64,000 nt of DNA from Campylobacterales bacterium. Its GTDB lineage: Bacteria > Campylobacterota > Campylobacteria > Campylobacterales > QNZT01. Of the stretch, positions 42,453 to 52,361 are shown piece after piece (position 1 is the first letter of the stretch; each line of letters opens with the position of its first letter). The translations under genes were made by a program, and so were the position numbers. The stretch spans positions 199 to 64,198 of the forward strand of contig JAMOMC010000188.1 of assembly GCA_027068765.1 (NCBI GenBank), given 5' to 3'. The notes beneath the pieces were generated by a model. The model ran no database searches, was not told the origin of the DNA, and saw nothing but the letters and a program-made list of their open reading frames with translations.

Positions 42453-43838
42453 TCATTTATCTATCATTTTTTTAGCACCATTTATAACATCTGTTATATT
42501 TGTCTGTATCCATTTTGAGTCCATCCACTCAGCGGGTCTTACAAATTCACCTTGTATTAACATGCTTAAATGAAGATGGTCACCAAGTGCTAAGCCTGTT
42601 GCTCCTGTTCTTGCAACTATTTCACTAGCTTCAATCAAATCTCCTCTTTTAACCATTATGTTTGAGCAGTGACCATAAAGTGTGTAAAGCCCTAAGCCAT
42701 GATAGACGATAAGATTGTTTCCATAAATTCCATTATAATCAGCATAAACAGCAACACCAGGATTTGTAATCCTAATATTCCCCATTTTAACACTAGCTAA
42801 ATCAAGTCCAAGATGATAAGCTTCACTGATGATGTTTTTTTTATCTTTATAGTAGTAATACCTATGATCTCCAAAACTTGCAACAACTTTTGCATTTCTA
42901 AGTGGATAAAATGGTTTCATATCAAAATTGGAAATCTGATTTGAGTCGATTTTTCCTGTTATCTCTTTGATCAGTTTTTCATTCTCTTGCCTATATATTC
43001 GGTTTATAAAATCTAGTTTTTCAGTTGGAGATAGTTTATCTGTTAAATCTGGGCGATCTTCTGCTAAATCAGAAATTTTTCCATTTATAAATCTATCTTT
43101 TGCTTGCAGATAAGATACTTTGTATTTTTTATTTTTTAGAAAAAAGCTTAATCTTGCTCTTGATTTGTTTCCTGCTTTGTCAATAGCTATAACTTTTGCT
43201 GAAAATCTATCTTCAACTATTGGCCATGCAACAAGTACAGCATAATAGCCATCTTTATAAAAGCTTGTAGGGTAGAATTTTTTACCAAAATTTGTCTCCA
43301 CATAAAGCTCTTGGAGATTTTCATCTTCAGCTTTAAATATAGCAAGAGCTGCTCCACCTTTTGTAATACCATAAGAAGTTATTAAAGAGAATAGATCTGG
43401 TTTTTTTTTGTCGATTGTTAGGATGGATTGTTTTGTAGTTTTGTTTCCTCTAAAAAAATTCCATTTACTGATGTCAGTTGTATTGATAGTTAGTTTTAAA
43501 ACTCCTTTTGGATTTTTAAGACCCATTTTTGGATATTTTATCTCTATGGTGTGTGATTTTTTTGCATCTTTGATATATTCATCTACAACCGCTACTCTAT
43601 TGGTTCCATCACTTAAAAAAGCTTTTATATTTAAGAGTCCTGTATCATCTTTTATCTCAATTTTTAAAGGGATATTTGAGTTCCAAAATTGTGAGCTTTT
43701 AAGTTCAAATGTGGGGGCATTTTTTTCAAATATAGGTGAATTTAGCTTTGTATATCCCCAGATACCAATACCAATGATGATAAGTAATATCAAAAAAGAG
43801 CCTAAGGAGAATCCTCTTTTTTTAAGTTTTTGTTTCAT
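42453..43838 (-). CDS. M23 family peptidoglycan metalloendopeptidase
   Basis: N-terminal TM segment. LytM motifs HLGLDLAS, YGH and GDHLHLSM. Confidence 0.85.
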   Translation of the reverse strand: MKQKLKKRGFSLGSFLILLIIIGIGIWGYTKLNSPIFEKNAPTFELKSSQFWNSNIPLKIEIKDDTGLLNIKAFLSDGTNRVAVVDEYIKDAKKSHTIEIKYPKMGLKNPKGVLKLTINTTDISKWNFFRGNKTTKQSILTIDKKKPDLFSLITSYGITKGGAALAIFKAEDENLQELYVETNFGKKFYPTSFYKDGYYAVLVAWPIVEDRFSAKVIAIDKAGNKSRARLSFFLKNKKYKVSYLQAKDRFINGKISDLAEDRPDLTDKLSPTEKLDFINRIYRQENEKLIKEITGKIDSNQISNFDMKPFYPLRNAKVVASFGDHRYYYYKDKKNIISEAYHLGLDLASVKMGNIRITNPGVAVYADYNGIYGNNLIVYHGLGLYTLYGHCSNIMVKRGDLIEASEIVARTGATGLALGDHLHLSMLIQGEFVRPAEWMDSKWIQTNITDVINGAKKMIDK

Positions 43839-44770
43839 AGTTCTACCTTGTTTATAATTTGTTCTATAACTCTATTTATATCTTCTTGTTTATGTTCAAA
43901 GCCTGAAGATTTTTTATGTCCACCGCCACCAAAAGCTTCAGCTAACAAAGAGACATCAAGAGTGTTTTTGCTTCTAAGTGATATTTTGTAGCTTTCATCT
44001 TCTAGCTCTATTATAAAAATTGCTAACTCAACAGTTGCTAAATTTCGAAGTATATCAACTAGATGTACGGTATCGCTTTTTAATGCTCCACTTTTTTTAA
44101 GATCTTTTTGTGTTAGGGTGCCTACTGCTACTTTTGCATCTTTTAAAAGTTCAATTTTGTCTATAAAAATAGAGGTTAATCTAGTCTTTGCAAGAGAATT
44201 TCTCATCTTTAAATTTTGTGCAATTTTAGCAGGTTCTACTCCAAGTAAAATCAGTTTTGAAGCTTTAGAAAATACCTCTGCATCAGTGTTACTGAACATA
44301 AAAAATCCTGTATCTTCAACAAGACCTGTATAGATGCAAATAGCTTCATCTTTGGATATTTTTCCATGTTGTTCTAAAATATCCATTACAACTAGTGTAC
44401 TACTTGCACTTTTTTCATCAACGATATTTATATCTCCATAGAGTGTGTTACTTTTGTGATGGTCGATATTTATAATTTTAAAATCTTTTTTTAAGATGCC
44501 AAGCCTATCAAAACTACCACAATCAAAACAGATAAGAAGATCACATTTTTGTGGGAATATTTTTTTTATTTTTTTAAAGTTTGGTAAAAAATCATATTTA
44601 ATTGAAACCTCTTCACTTGCATTAAATAAAGAGACATTTTTACCCATTTTTTTTAGAGTAGGGTAAAGCGACAACATGCTACCAAGCGTGTCTCCGTCAG
44701 GGTTTATATGTGAGACTAGAGTGATATAATGACTTTTATGAATGAGTTCCCAAACTTGCTTATACAACAA
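43835..44770 (-). CDS. nrnA: DHH/DHHA1 phosphoesterase (NrnA-like)
   Basis: Motifs HINPDGDTLGS, DCGS, NIDHH and GGGHKKSSG. Confidence 0.85.
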   Translation of the reverse strand: MLYKQVWELIHKSHYITLVSHINPDGDTLGSMLSLYPTLKKMGKNVSLFNASEEVSIKYDFLPNFKKIKKIFPQKCDLLICFDCGSFDRLGILKKDFKIINIDHHKSNTLYGDINIVDEKSASSTLVVMDILEQHGKISKDEAICIYTGLVEDTGFFMFSNTDAEVFSKASKLILLGVEPAKIAQNLKMRNSLAKTRLTSIFIDKIELLKDAKVAVGTLTQKDLKKSGALKSDTVHLVDILRNLATVELAIFIIELEDESYKISLRSKNTLDVSLLAEAFGGGGHKKSSGFEHKQEDINRVIEQIINKVEL

Positions 44771-44826
44771 AATACCTTACCAAATATATTTAACCTTAGT
44801 GTAGTGAAAAGTTGCTAAAAGATGCC

Positions 44827-45411
44827 CTAAATTAATAATTTAATCAACCTCAAAGCTTTTGTTCTATGCGAAAACTCTTGTTTAACTTCAATTTCCAACT
44901 CTCCTAAAGTTTTTGAAAACCCATCAGGTATAAACATAGGGTCATATCCAAAACCACCATCTCCTCTTGTCTCAGCTATCACACTCCCATGCATAAAGCC
45001 GTGAGCTGTAAAAACTCCTTTTTCACTCACAATTGCCATAGCCGCGGTATAAAAAGCAGGAGTTTTTTTGATGTTTTTTTCTTTTAAAGCATCTATCAGC
45101 TTATGTAAATTATCTTTATCACTGGCTCCAATTCCAGCATATCTAGCACTAAAAACTCCAGGAATTCCGCCAAGAGAAGGTACCGTTATACCGCTATCAT
45201 CAGCTAAAACTATAAAGTTGTCTATTTTGTCTTTTAATTTTTCATAAATTGTAGTAGCTTTTATGATTGCATTTTTTTGATAGGTATCTCCATCTTCGAT
45301 AATCTCAAACTTCTCTATTATATCAGAATAAGCAAGTACCTCACTATCTTTATAGTAGTTTTTAATTTCTCTAATTTTACCGCTGTTTCCACTTGCTAAT
45401 ATTATCTTCAT
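44827..45411 (-). CDS. rdgB: non-canonical purine NTP pyrophosphatase RdgB/HAM1
   Basis: Homology starts at [16 protein letters not shown]. Also DDSG, SARY, GFGYDP and SHR. The ORF-track 56-aa N-terminal extension was discarded. Confidence 0.88.
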   Translation of the reverse strand: MKIILASGNSGKIREIKNYYKDSEVLAYSDIIEKFEIIEDGDTYQKNAIIKATTIYEKLKDKIDNFIVLADDSGITVPSLGGIPGVFSARYAGIGASDKDNLHKLIDALKEKNIKKTPAFYTAAMAIVSEKGVFTAHGFMHGSVIAETRGDGGFGYDPMFIPDGFSKTLGELEIEVKQEFSHRTKALRLIKLLI

Positions 45412-45484
45412 ACCCAACCTTAATACAAATAGGACTATAATTGTCTCTATATTTTTACACATTATAACATAAGGGGTTTTAACG

Positions 45485-46822
45485 ATGATAAAAACAGTAA
45501 TGCCATTAAGCATGATAATAGCTCTTAGATTTTTTGGGCTTTTTATCGTACTGCCAGTACTTTCAGCATATGCTCTCACACTTGAGGGATCAAATGCATT
45601 TTTAGTGGGAATAGTAGTTGGAGGTTATGCTCTAACTCAGACGATATTTCAAGTTCCTTTTGGGCTTATGAGTGACAAAATAGGGCGAAAAAAGACACTT
45701 GTTTTTGGTCTTATTATCTTTATAATAGGTTCTATTATCGCAGCTTTAAGTACAGATATTTATTGGCTTATGTTTGGTCGATTTTTGCAAGGTGCTGGAG
45801 CGATAGGCTCTGTTGTTATCGCTATGATTAGTGATACGGTAAAAGAAGAATCAAGAGCTCATGCTATGGCTATTATGGGTGGAACTATAGCTATGAGTTT
45901 TGCAGCTGCTATGATAATTGGTCCAGTTGTTGGTGGACTTTATGGTGTCTCTTCACTATTTTGGATTACGGCATTTTTAGCCGCATCTGCGATTTTTATA
46001 CTATTTACAAAAGTGCCTAATCCTCCGAAAATTGTCCATACTTACTCACAAGAAGAGAGTAAAATGAAACATGTTTTTAAAGATAAGAGTTTAAGAAGTA
46101 TGTATATTACATTTTTATTTCATAGCTCTATTATGACAATGGCATTTTTTATAATTCCGATAGTTATGACTAAAAGTGTAGAAGAGGGTGGTTTTGGCTG
46201 GGATAAGATGGATCTTTGGAAAGTCTATCTTCCTGCTATGATTTTAGGACTTTTAGCGATGGCACCTGCTGCAATACTTGGTGAGAAAAAAGATAAAGGA
46301 AAAGAGGTCTTTATGGTCTCTATCATAAGTATTGGTATAGGCTTTTTACTAATGGGATTTGCAACAGATGCAACACTTTTTATCATAGGTGTGTCTCTAT
46401 TTTTTATTGGATTTAATATGTTTGAACCACTTTTGCAATCATTTGTATCAAAGCTTGCTAAAGTACACCAAAAAGGAGCAGCACTTGGTGTTGCCAACTC
46501 TTTTGCCTATTTTGGAGCATTTTTAGGTGGTATTTTAGGTGGTTGGTTAATGCATAGTTTTGAAAGAGGTACTCTAGCGGGGTTTGTTTTAGTTCTTTGT
46601 GTTTTATGGTTTTGGTGGGTTATGAAGCTTAGAAATCCAGGACATAGAGCAAATGTTTACATGGAGTTTGATAAATATGACAGAGAGAAAGTTGAAGCTT
46701 TTAATCAGCAAGAAGCAGGAGTAATTGAGAACTATGCTAACGAAACAGAGGGAATTATCGTAGTAAAGTATGATAAAGACCTTATTGATGAAGATACAAT
46801 TAGAGCAGCTTTAGTAAAATAG
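45485..46822 (+). CDS. yajR: YajR-like MFS transporter with C-terminal YAM-like soluble domain
   Basis: The N-terminus [48 protein letters not shown] closely parallels E. coli YajR. 12 TM segments plus a roughly 60-aa hydrophilic tail. Confidence 0.8.
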   Translation: MIKTVMPLSMIIALRFFGLFIVLPVLSAYALTLEGSNAFLVGIVVGGYALTQTIFQVPFGLMSDKIGRKKTLVFGLIIFIIGSIIAALSTDIYWLMFGRFLQGAGAIGSVVIAMISDTVKEESRAHAMAIMGGTIAMSFAAAMIIGPVVGGLYGVSSLFWITAFLAASAIFILFTKVPNPPKIVHTYSQEESKMKHVFKDKSLRSMYITFLFHSSIMTMAFFIIPIVMTKSVEEGGFGWDKMDLWKVYLPAMILGLLAMAPAAILGEKKDKGKEVFMVSIISIGIGFLLMGFATDATLFIIGVSLFFIGFNMFEPLLQSFVSKLAKVHQKGAALGVANSFAYFGAFLGGILGGWLMHSFERGTLAGFVLVLCVLWFWWVMKLRNPGHRANVYMEFDKYDREKVEAFNQQEAGVIENYANETEGIIVVKYDKDLIDEDTIRAALVK

Positions 46823-46826
46823 CTTT

Positions 46827-47237
46827 TTGGTATATCTCACTCTTTTTGGTGTCTCATTTTTGGCAGCAACTCTGCTGCCACTTGGGAGTGAAGCACTACT
46901 ACTTTACGATATTTCACTTGGATATGATATCTCATTATTAATTTTAGTCGCCACTATCGGAAATACTCTTGGCTCAATTGTTAACTACTTTTTAGGTTTA
47001 AAAGGAGTTGATTTTTTAATTTCTAAAAAGTATACAAAAGAGAAACAGTTAAAAGATGCAAGAAAAATATTTAAAAAATATGGAGCTTTTTCACTTCTTT
47101 TGTCTTGGGTTCCAATTATCGGAGATCCTATCACTTTTATAGCTGGGGTTTTGAAGTATGATATTAAGAAGTTTATTTTGATTGTTTTTTTGGCAAAAGG
47201 GGCTAGGTATGTTGTGGTGAGTCTGTTTATTTTATAA
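46827..47237 (+). CDS. YqaA/DedA-related small membrane protein
   Basis: Motifs PLGSEALLLY, ATIGNTLGSIVNYFLG and GDPITFIAG. TTG start. Confidence 0.7.
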   Translation: MVYLTLFGVSFLAATLLPLGSEALLLYDISLGYDISLLILVATIGNTLGSIVNYFLGLKGVDFLISKKYTKEKQLKDARKIFKKYGAFSLLLSWVPIIGDPITFIAGVLKYDIKKFILIVFLAKGARYVVVSLFIL

Positions 47238-47763
47238 CATTTATAGGTTTGGATAAATATTTTAAAGTAAATTCGCTAAGAATATATTTTACACCTTTAC
47301 TTTCAAGAACATAGTAGGTAGTTTCTCCATTGAAAGCATCTTCATAAAAATGTACTTCTACAAAAGTAAATTGAGTTTCAGGTGGGATATGTTGATTTAC
47401 TTTTTCGCTATCTAATTTAGGATGCATCTTGGTTAACTCTTTTTCAATATCTCTAACTATTGGCACAATTGATGGATGTTTTCTTATGATATATCCTAAT
47501 GGTTGAGGAAAAGAGATTTTTTTGCCAATTTTAGGATGATTTTCTATTTTTAGATTGGTTGTGTGATTTAATTTTTTTAATGTTCTTACAAAATTTGGTT
47601 CACAACTAGAGATAAAAAAAATTATAAAGAAGAAAATAAAAAAACTATAAAAAATTATTAATCCAATATTGCTAGTTTTTTTATTATTTTTTTTTAATAA
47701 TCCACATCTTGGGCATTTATAAAGATTACCAAAATAATAATTGCCACAATTATCGCATTTCAT
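47227..47763 (-). CDS. hypothetical zinc-ribbon / single-TM membrane protein
   Basis: Zinc ribbon CDNCG..CPRCG, a TM segment (IGLIIFYSFFIFFFIIFFI), then a roughly 115-aa extracytoplasmic domain. No family recognised. Confidence 0.55.
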   Translation of the reverse strand: MKCDNCGNYYFGNLYKCPRCGLLKKNNKKTSNIGLIIFYSFFIFFFIIFFISSCEPNFVRTLKKLNHTTNLKIENHPKIGKKISFPQPLGYIIRKHPSIVPIVRDIEKELTKMHPKLDSEKVNQHIPPETQFTFVEVHFYEDAFNGETTYYVLESKGVKYILSEFTLKYLSKPINVIK

Positions 47764-47790
47764 AATAATACCAGTTCCTTATATTAAGTA

Positions 47791-47817
47791 ATATCGACAA
47801 ATATAAGCAACAGTTTA
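47791..47817 (-). promoter_or_regulatory. sigma28 (FliA)-type promoter TAAA-N15-GTCGATAT
   Basis: The minus strand reads TAAA ctgttgcttatattt GTCGATAT. The -10 ends 27 nt upstream of the ATG at 47763. Confidence 0.6.
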
Positions 47818-47901
47818 GAAAATTTATTTTGATTTGGTATAGCTTTCTACACATTTTTTTCAAGCTATGAAACCTCAATATTTAGGGCTTTTTTTCATAG
47901 C

Positions 47902-48795
47902 TTAAAAAGTTTGACAATCCTTCATCTTCCCACTTTTAAGACCTCTATGAAACCAAGTCATTCTCTGCTTTGAACTACCGTGAGTAAATGCATCTGGTTG
48001 TACATAACCTTGAGCTTGTTTTTGAAGTCTGTCATCTCCTATTGAGCTTGCTGCATTAAATGCTTCGTCTATATCACCTTCTTCTAGCATGTTGTATGTT
48101 TTGTGTGCATGATGTGTCCAGATGCCTGCATAACAATCTGCTTGAAGCTCTACTTTTACTTGCAGAGCATTTGCTCCTGCTTTTCCACTGGCTCTCTGTT
48201 TTGCATTTTCTACTTTTTTTAAAGTTCCTTGTAGATGTTGGATGTGATGTCCTACTTCGTGAGCCAATATATAAGCTTGGGCAAAATCTCCTGTTGCTCC
48301 ATATTTTCGTTGTAATTCATCAAAAAAACTCAAATCTATATAGATACTTTTATCTGAGGGGCAGTAAAAAGGTCCAATTTGTGAATTTGCTAATCCACAT
48401 CCACTTCTAGTCTCTCCACGATAGAGTATCAATTTTGGCTCTTCATATCTATACCCTTCATTTCTAAAAATCTTACCCCAAATAGCTTCAGTATCAGCAA
48501 ATACAGTTGATATAAAAGCGGCTTGTTCATCATCTTTTTCCTCATTTGCTACAACTAAAGAGCTACTAGATGCTCCTCCCATTCCAACTACTGAAAGAGG
48601 GTTAAACCCGCTCATGTAAGCAACTGCACCAAGACCGATAACAGCCCAGCCAAATTTACTTTTTAAAAGAGGTTTTATAAGTGGCATTATAAAAAATATT
48701 GTTTGCATTGAGGGCATGCGAAATCCTCCGCCTCCACTGCTGTTTTTTCGTCTATCATCTACATTTGAGCTTTTTTTTCTATTTTTCCACTTCAT
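47902..48795 (-). CDS. YpfJ-like neutral zinc metallopeptidase
   Basis: N-terminal basic region plus a TM segment, FYCP, and the HEVGHH zinc motif. Confidence 0.85.
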   Translation of the reverse strand: MKWKNRKKSSNVDDRRKNSSGGGGFRMPSMQTIFFIMPLIKPLLKSKFGWAVIGLGAVAYMSGFNPLSVVGMGGASSSSLVVANEEKDDEQAAFISTVFADTEAIWGKIFRNEGYRYEEPKLILYRGETRSGCGLANSQIGPFYCPSDKSIYIDLSFFDELQRKYGATGDFAQAYILAHEVGHHIQHLQGTLKKVENAKQRASGKAGANALQVKVELQADCYAGIWTHHAHKTYNMLEEGDIDEAFNAASSIGDDRLQKQAQGYVQPDAFTHGSSKQRMTWFHRGLKSGKMKDCQTF

Positions 48796-48886
48796 TCATT
48801 TGCCTTTTTGCGGTTATAATTTTGTTTACTTTATCAAATATTTGGTTAAAATTGATACAATTAAATAAATTAGATTATGGAGAGTT

Positions 48887-49957
48887 TTGATGAGTAGAGT
48901 TTTTAATTTTGGTGCAGGTCCTTCGACAATTCCGCTAGAAGTGCTTGAAGAAGCACAGGAAAATTTGGTAGATTATAAGGGTGAAGGTATGTCAATCATG
49001 GAGGCTTCACATAGATCTAAAATGTTTGATGATGTTCACATGGAGGCTTTGGCACTTATACGAGAACTCTATGAAGTTCCTGAAGATTTTGAGATTTTGT
49101 TTATGCAAGGTGGGGCTTCTATGCAGTTTGCATTGGTTCCTTTAAACTTAATGCAAACTGGTGTAGCCCAATATGTAGATAGCGGAGTATGGTCACAAAA
49201 AGCTATCAAAGAGGCGAAAATTTTAAAGATAAATTATGAAGTAGTAGCCTTGTCATATGATAATATACCAGAAATTTTAAACTTAAATGATAAAGCAGAT
49301 TATGTTCATATAACTTCTAACAACACAATTTATGGAACACAATATAGAGAGTTTCCAAAGACAAAAGCACCTTTAGTTATAGATGCATCTAGTGATATAT
49401 TTTCTTATGAAGTTGATTGGTCAAAGATAGATTTGATGTATGCAGGTGCTCAAAAAAATGCAGGACCATCAGGAGTAACAATTGTGATAATAAAAAAAGA
49501 TTTGTTAAATCGTTTTAGTGATAATACTCCATCAATGTTTCGATATAAAACTTATGCTGATAATAATTCACTCTATAATACTCCTCCAACTTTTGGTATA
49601 TATATGTTAAACCTTACGATGAAGTGGATTAAAAAACAAGGTGGAATTAAAGCTTTGCAAAAAGCAAATGAGAAAAAAGCAAAACTTCTTTATGATGCAA
49701 TTGACAATAGCGAAGGATTTTATATAGGTTATGCCAAAAAAGATTCAAGATCTTTGATGAATGTCTCTTTTAATATAAAAGATAGTGGATTAGAGTCAGA
49801 GTTTATAAATCTTGCTACTAAAAGTGGATTAATTGGATTAAAAGGGCATAGATCAGTTGGAGGCATAAGAGCTTCTATCTATAATGCGATGAGTTTTGAG
49901 GGAGTTAAAACACTTGTGGAAGTTATGGAAAAATTTGCAAGTGAAAAGTCAAGCTAG
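48887..49957 (+). CDS. serC: phosphoserine aminotransferase
   Basis: Motifs FNFGAGPS, SHRS, AGAQKN and GGIRAS. Confidence 0.92.
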   Translation: MMSRVFNFGAGPSTIPLEVLEEAQENLVDYKGEGMSIMEASHRSKMFDDVHMEALALIRELYEVPEDFEILFMQGGASMQFALVPLNLMQTGVAQYVDSGVWSQKAIKEAKILKINYEVVALSYDNIPEILNLNDKADYVHITSNNTIYGTQYREFPKTKAPLVIDASSDIFSYEVDWSKIDLMYAGAQKNAGPSGVTIVIIKKDLLNRFSDNTPSMFRYKTYADNNSLYNTPPTFGIYMLNLTMKWIKKQGGIKALQKANEKKAKLLYDAIDNSEGFYIGYAKKDSRSLMNVSFNIKDSGLESEFINLATKSGLIGLKGHRSVGGIRASIYNAMSFEGVKTLVEVMEKFASEKSS

Positions 49958-49979
49958 ATTATTTAGCTTGACTATCTTT

Positions 49980-51887
49980 TTAATTTAGAATTAGCTTAAT
50001 TTTTACAGCTTGAACAGCTCCATCATCAAATGCATCTACATATGGATTTGATGATCCACCAAGATTTAAAGCAAACTCTGTTGGCTCAAAAGTTCCAGGA
50101 TTTCTAACAAATGATCTATCAAATGTACCATTTGGCATCTTCTCATGTAGAGTTAAATGCATTTTTATAGGTCCCTCTTGTGTTAAGTTTTTAACTAATA
50201 TACTTTTAGCTACACTAGAAACACCTGTAGCATCTCCCGCAGCTATAAGTCTAGTAAAATACTTTCCAGGATTAAATGAGAACTCATTTCCTATTGTAGC
50301 ATCGTCCATCTCTTTATTTGTTGTAACTATCATAATACCAGTTGTTTGTTCTAGTTTTTTTGCAGTGAGTAAAACTTTACTATCTGCTGGTGATGAAAAA
50401 TATAGTTTTTCTCCACTTCTTGCCACATCTATTTCGATTACAGCACTCATATACTCTTTGTTTGGAGTATTTTCAGCTTGATTATTTGTAAAGTGCAAAA
50501 CCATAGTTGCTGCAAATGTTCTTGTGTCACCATCATTTAAATTAAATGGGTTATTGTCATTTTCAAAAACATGACTTTTTATAGAAAATAGTGGCTCAAT
50601 ATAATCTTTGATTAACTCAAACTGTGCATCTGTATCAAGATTTTTTGCACTATCATTTAGACGAATATATTTTTTCTCTATCCATACATGTTCTATTCTA
50701 TTTTCACCCTTACCATTTTGTGCAAACTCTGGTATTACATCATTTAAGTCTGAGCTAGCTTGATAGAGTAGCATTCCTCCGTCTGGAGTATTAGAATCAT
50801 TATCAATTGAACCTAACTCTCCAAAATCTGCAGCAAATTTAAAGTTGTCAGCTTGTGGTCCACACACGATAGAAGCAGAACCACTTAAGTCTAAATTTGA
50901 ACATGTTGTTATTGTAGTTGGTGTATCGTTATCTGTTATAGGAGTAGTTTGTGGATTAATTTTGGCAGTTTTAGCCATTTTTACACCTTGGGCATAAAAG
51001 TTTGTATTGTTATTTATGTTTATCGTTACCCAAGACTTAACTGAAAGTGCAGCAGTTTGGTTAGTTACTGCTGTTAATGAAGCTAAATCATCATCTTTTA
51101 AACCATCAGTTGCTAACTCTTTTATTGCACTCATTATCACTACAATTGCATTGTAAGCTATCTTTTTTTGCTCAGCTGTTCCTGTATAATCAGATGTAAG
51201 ATTCATAAGCATATCTGATATACTCTCTAACATCTTCTCTTGATCTGGTGATAATTTATCCATAAGAGCTTGGTTTTGTTTTAATAAAGCAGTACTTGTA
51301 CCAGTACTGAGTACACTATAAGCAGATTCACTCAATGGCTCAGTTAATGCTCCGCCTGCATACTCAAATGCATCTTTATATGGTATGTTAAAATATGTAA
51401 GTGCTTCTTGCATATTTAATAGGTAGTTTTTTTGTGCTAATGAGAGTGGGGTAGGTACATTTAAGTTGTACTCTTTATTTAAGTAGTTTGAGAGACTTAA
51501 ATTTGCTGTTTCACCAACAACATCACTTGATAGATTTAAAGTAATTAAGTTATCATCTTCACTATTTGCTTGCTCATCATTTCCTGTTCCTTTTGCACCA
51601 GATTGTAGTACAACATAAGATGGCTTTGTGCTTAATTTGGTTAAAGAGTAAGTTCCATTAGCATTTAACTCTGTAGCTCCTAACTCTTCTCCTGTTTCAT
51701 TATATGCTTTAACATCACCTCTAAAAATTTTGCCTACATATGAAGCATCACCACTCACATCATATGTGATAGTCTCTGTATCTGGAGTAGTTGATGGTGG
51801 AGAACTTTTATCACTACACCCACTCAATATAAATACACCTGCTAATAATGCACTCGCCGCTACTTTTGAAATCATACTTTTTTTCAT
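49980..51887 (-). CDS. large hypothetical lipoprotein
   Basis: Start moved to the ATG at 51887 (AGGAG 6 nt upstream), giving MKKSMISKVAASALLAGVFILSGC with a lipobox. About 610 aa of mature protein with no recognised family. Confidence 0.7.
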   Translation of the reverse strand: MKKSMISKVAASALLAGVFILSGCSDKSSPPSTTPDTETITYDVSGDASYVGKIFRGDVKAYNETGEELGATELNANGTYSLTKLSTKPSYVVLQSGAKGTGNDEQANSEDDNLITLNLSSDVVGETANLSLSNYLNKEYNLNVPTPLSLAQKNYLLNMQEALTYFNIPYKDAFEYAGGALTEPLSESAYSVLSTGTSTALLKQNQALMDKLSPDQEKMLESISDMLMNLTSDYTGTAEQKKIAYNAIVVIMSAIKELATDGLKDDDLASLTAVTNQTAALSVKSWVTININNNTNFYAQGVKMAKTAKINPQTTPITDNDTPTTITTCSNLDLSGSASIVCGPQADNFKFAADFGELGSIDNDSNTPDGGMLLYQASSDLNDVIPEFAQNGKGENRIEHVWIEKKYIRLNDSAKNLDTDAQFELIKDYIEPLFSIKSHVFENDNNPFNLNDGDTRTFAATMVLHFTNNQAENTPNKEYMSAVIEIDVARSGEKLYFSSPADSKVLLTAKKLEQTTGIMIVTTNKEMDDATIGNEFSFNPGKYFTRLIAAGDATGVSSVAKSILVKNLTQEGPIKMHLTLHEKMPNGTFDRSFVRNPGTFEPTEFALNLGGSSNPYVDAFDDGAVQAVKIKLILN

Positions 51888-51921
51888 AAAAACTCCTATT
51901 TTAATTTTAAAGCTATTAGCC

Positions 51922-51948
51922 ATATCGACACAATATAGAAAAACTTTT
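51922..51948 (-). promoter_or_regulatory. sigma28-like promoter AAAA-N15-GTCGATAT (imperfect -35)
   Basis: The minus strand reads AAAA gtttttctatattgt GTCGATAT. The -10 ends 34 nt upstream of the ATG at 51887 and overlaps the ORF-track ATG at 51923. Confidence 0.45.
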
Positions 51949-52033
51949 GCTTTTTAATAATTAAGACAAAATTAGTATTATTTTCTATTAAGAAAGATAT
52001 TGTATTATAAAGTTTAAAAACAAGGGAAAACTT

Positions 52034-52351
52034 ATGAAGACATCACTACTTCACAAATTTAGGACAATAGGAAATATAGAAGGAACTTCATATTTGATAC
52101 TTCTTTTGGTTGCAATGCCTTTAAAATATATTTTTGAGTACCAACTTGCTGTAAAGGTAGTTGGAATGGCTCATGGAGTTCTATTTATAGCATATGTAAT
52201 ACTTCTTTTGATGGCGATGAAAGCATATAAATGGGATTTTAAATATGGAACACTTCTTTTTATAGCTTCACTTATACCACTTGGAACATTTTATACAAAT
52301 AAAAAATTAAAAAAACTACAAGAGGCTGAAGAAGCAAAAGTTACAGCTTAA
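52034..52351 (+). CDS. DUF3817-like small integral membrane protein
   Basis: FRTIGNIEGTSYLILLLVAMPLKY...GMAHGVLFIAY pattern. 3-4 TM segments. Confidence 0.55.
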   Translation: MKTSLLHKFRTIGNIEGTSYLILLLVAMPLKYIFEYQLAVKVVGMAHGVLFIAYVILLLMAMKAYKWDFKYGTLLFIASLIPLGTFYTNKKLKKLQEAEEAKVTA

Positions 52352-52361
52352 AAAGCTGTAC

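Noticed and set aside
45412-45579. 56-aa N-terminal extension of the RdgB ORF
   Set aside because: Family homology begins at [12 protein letters not shown] (ATG 45411). The extension is hydrophobic nonsense and overlaps the divergent MFS gene start.
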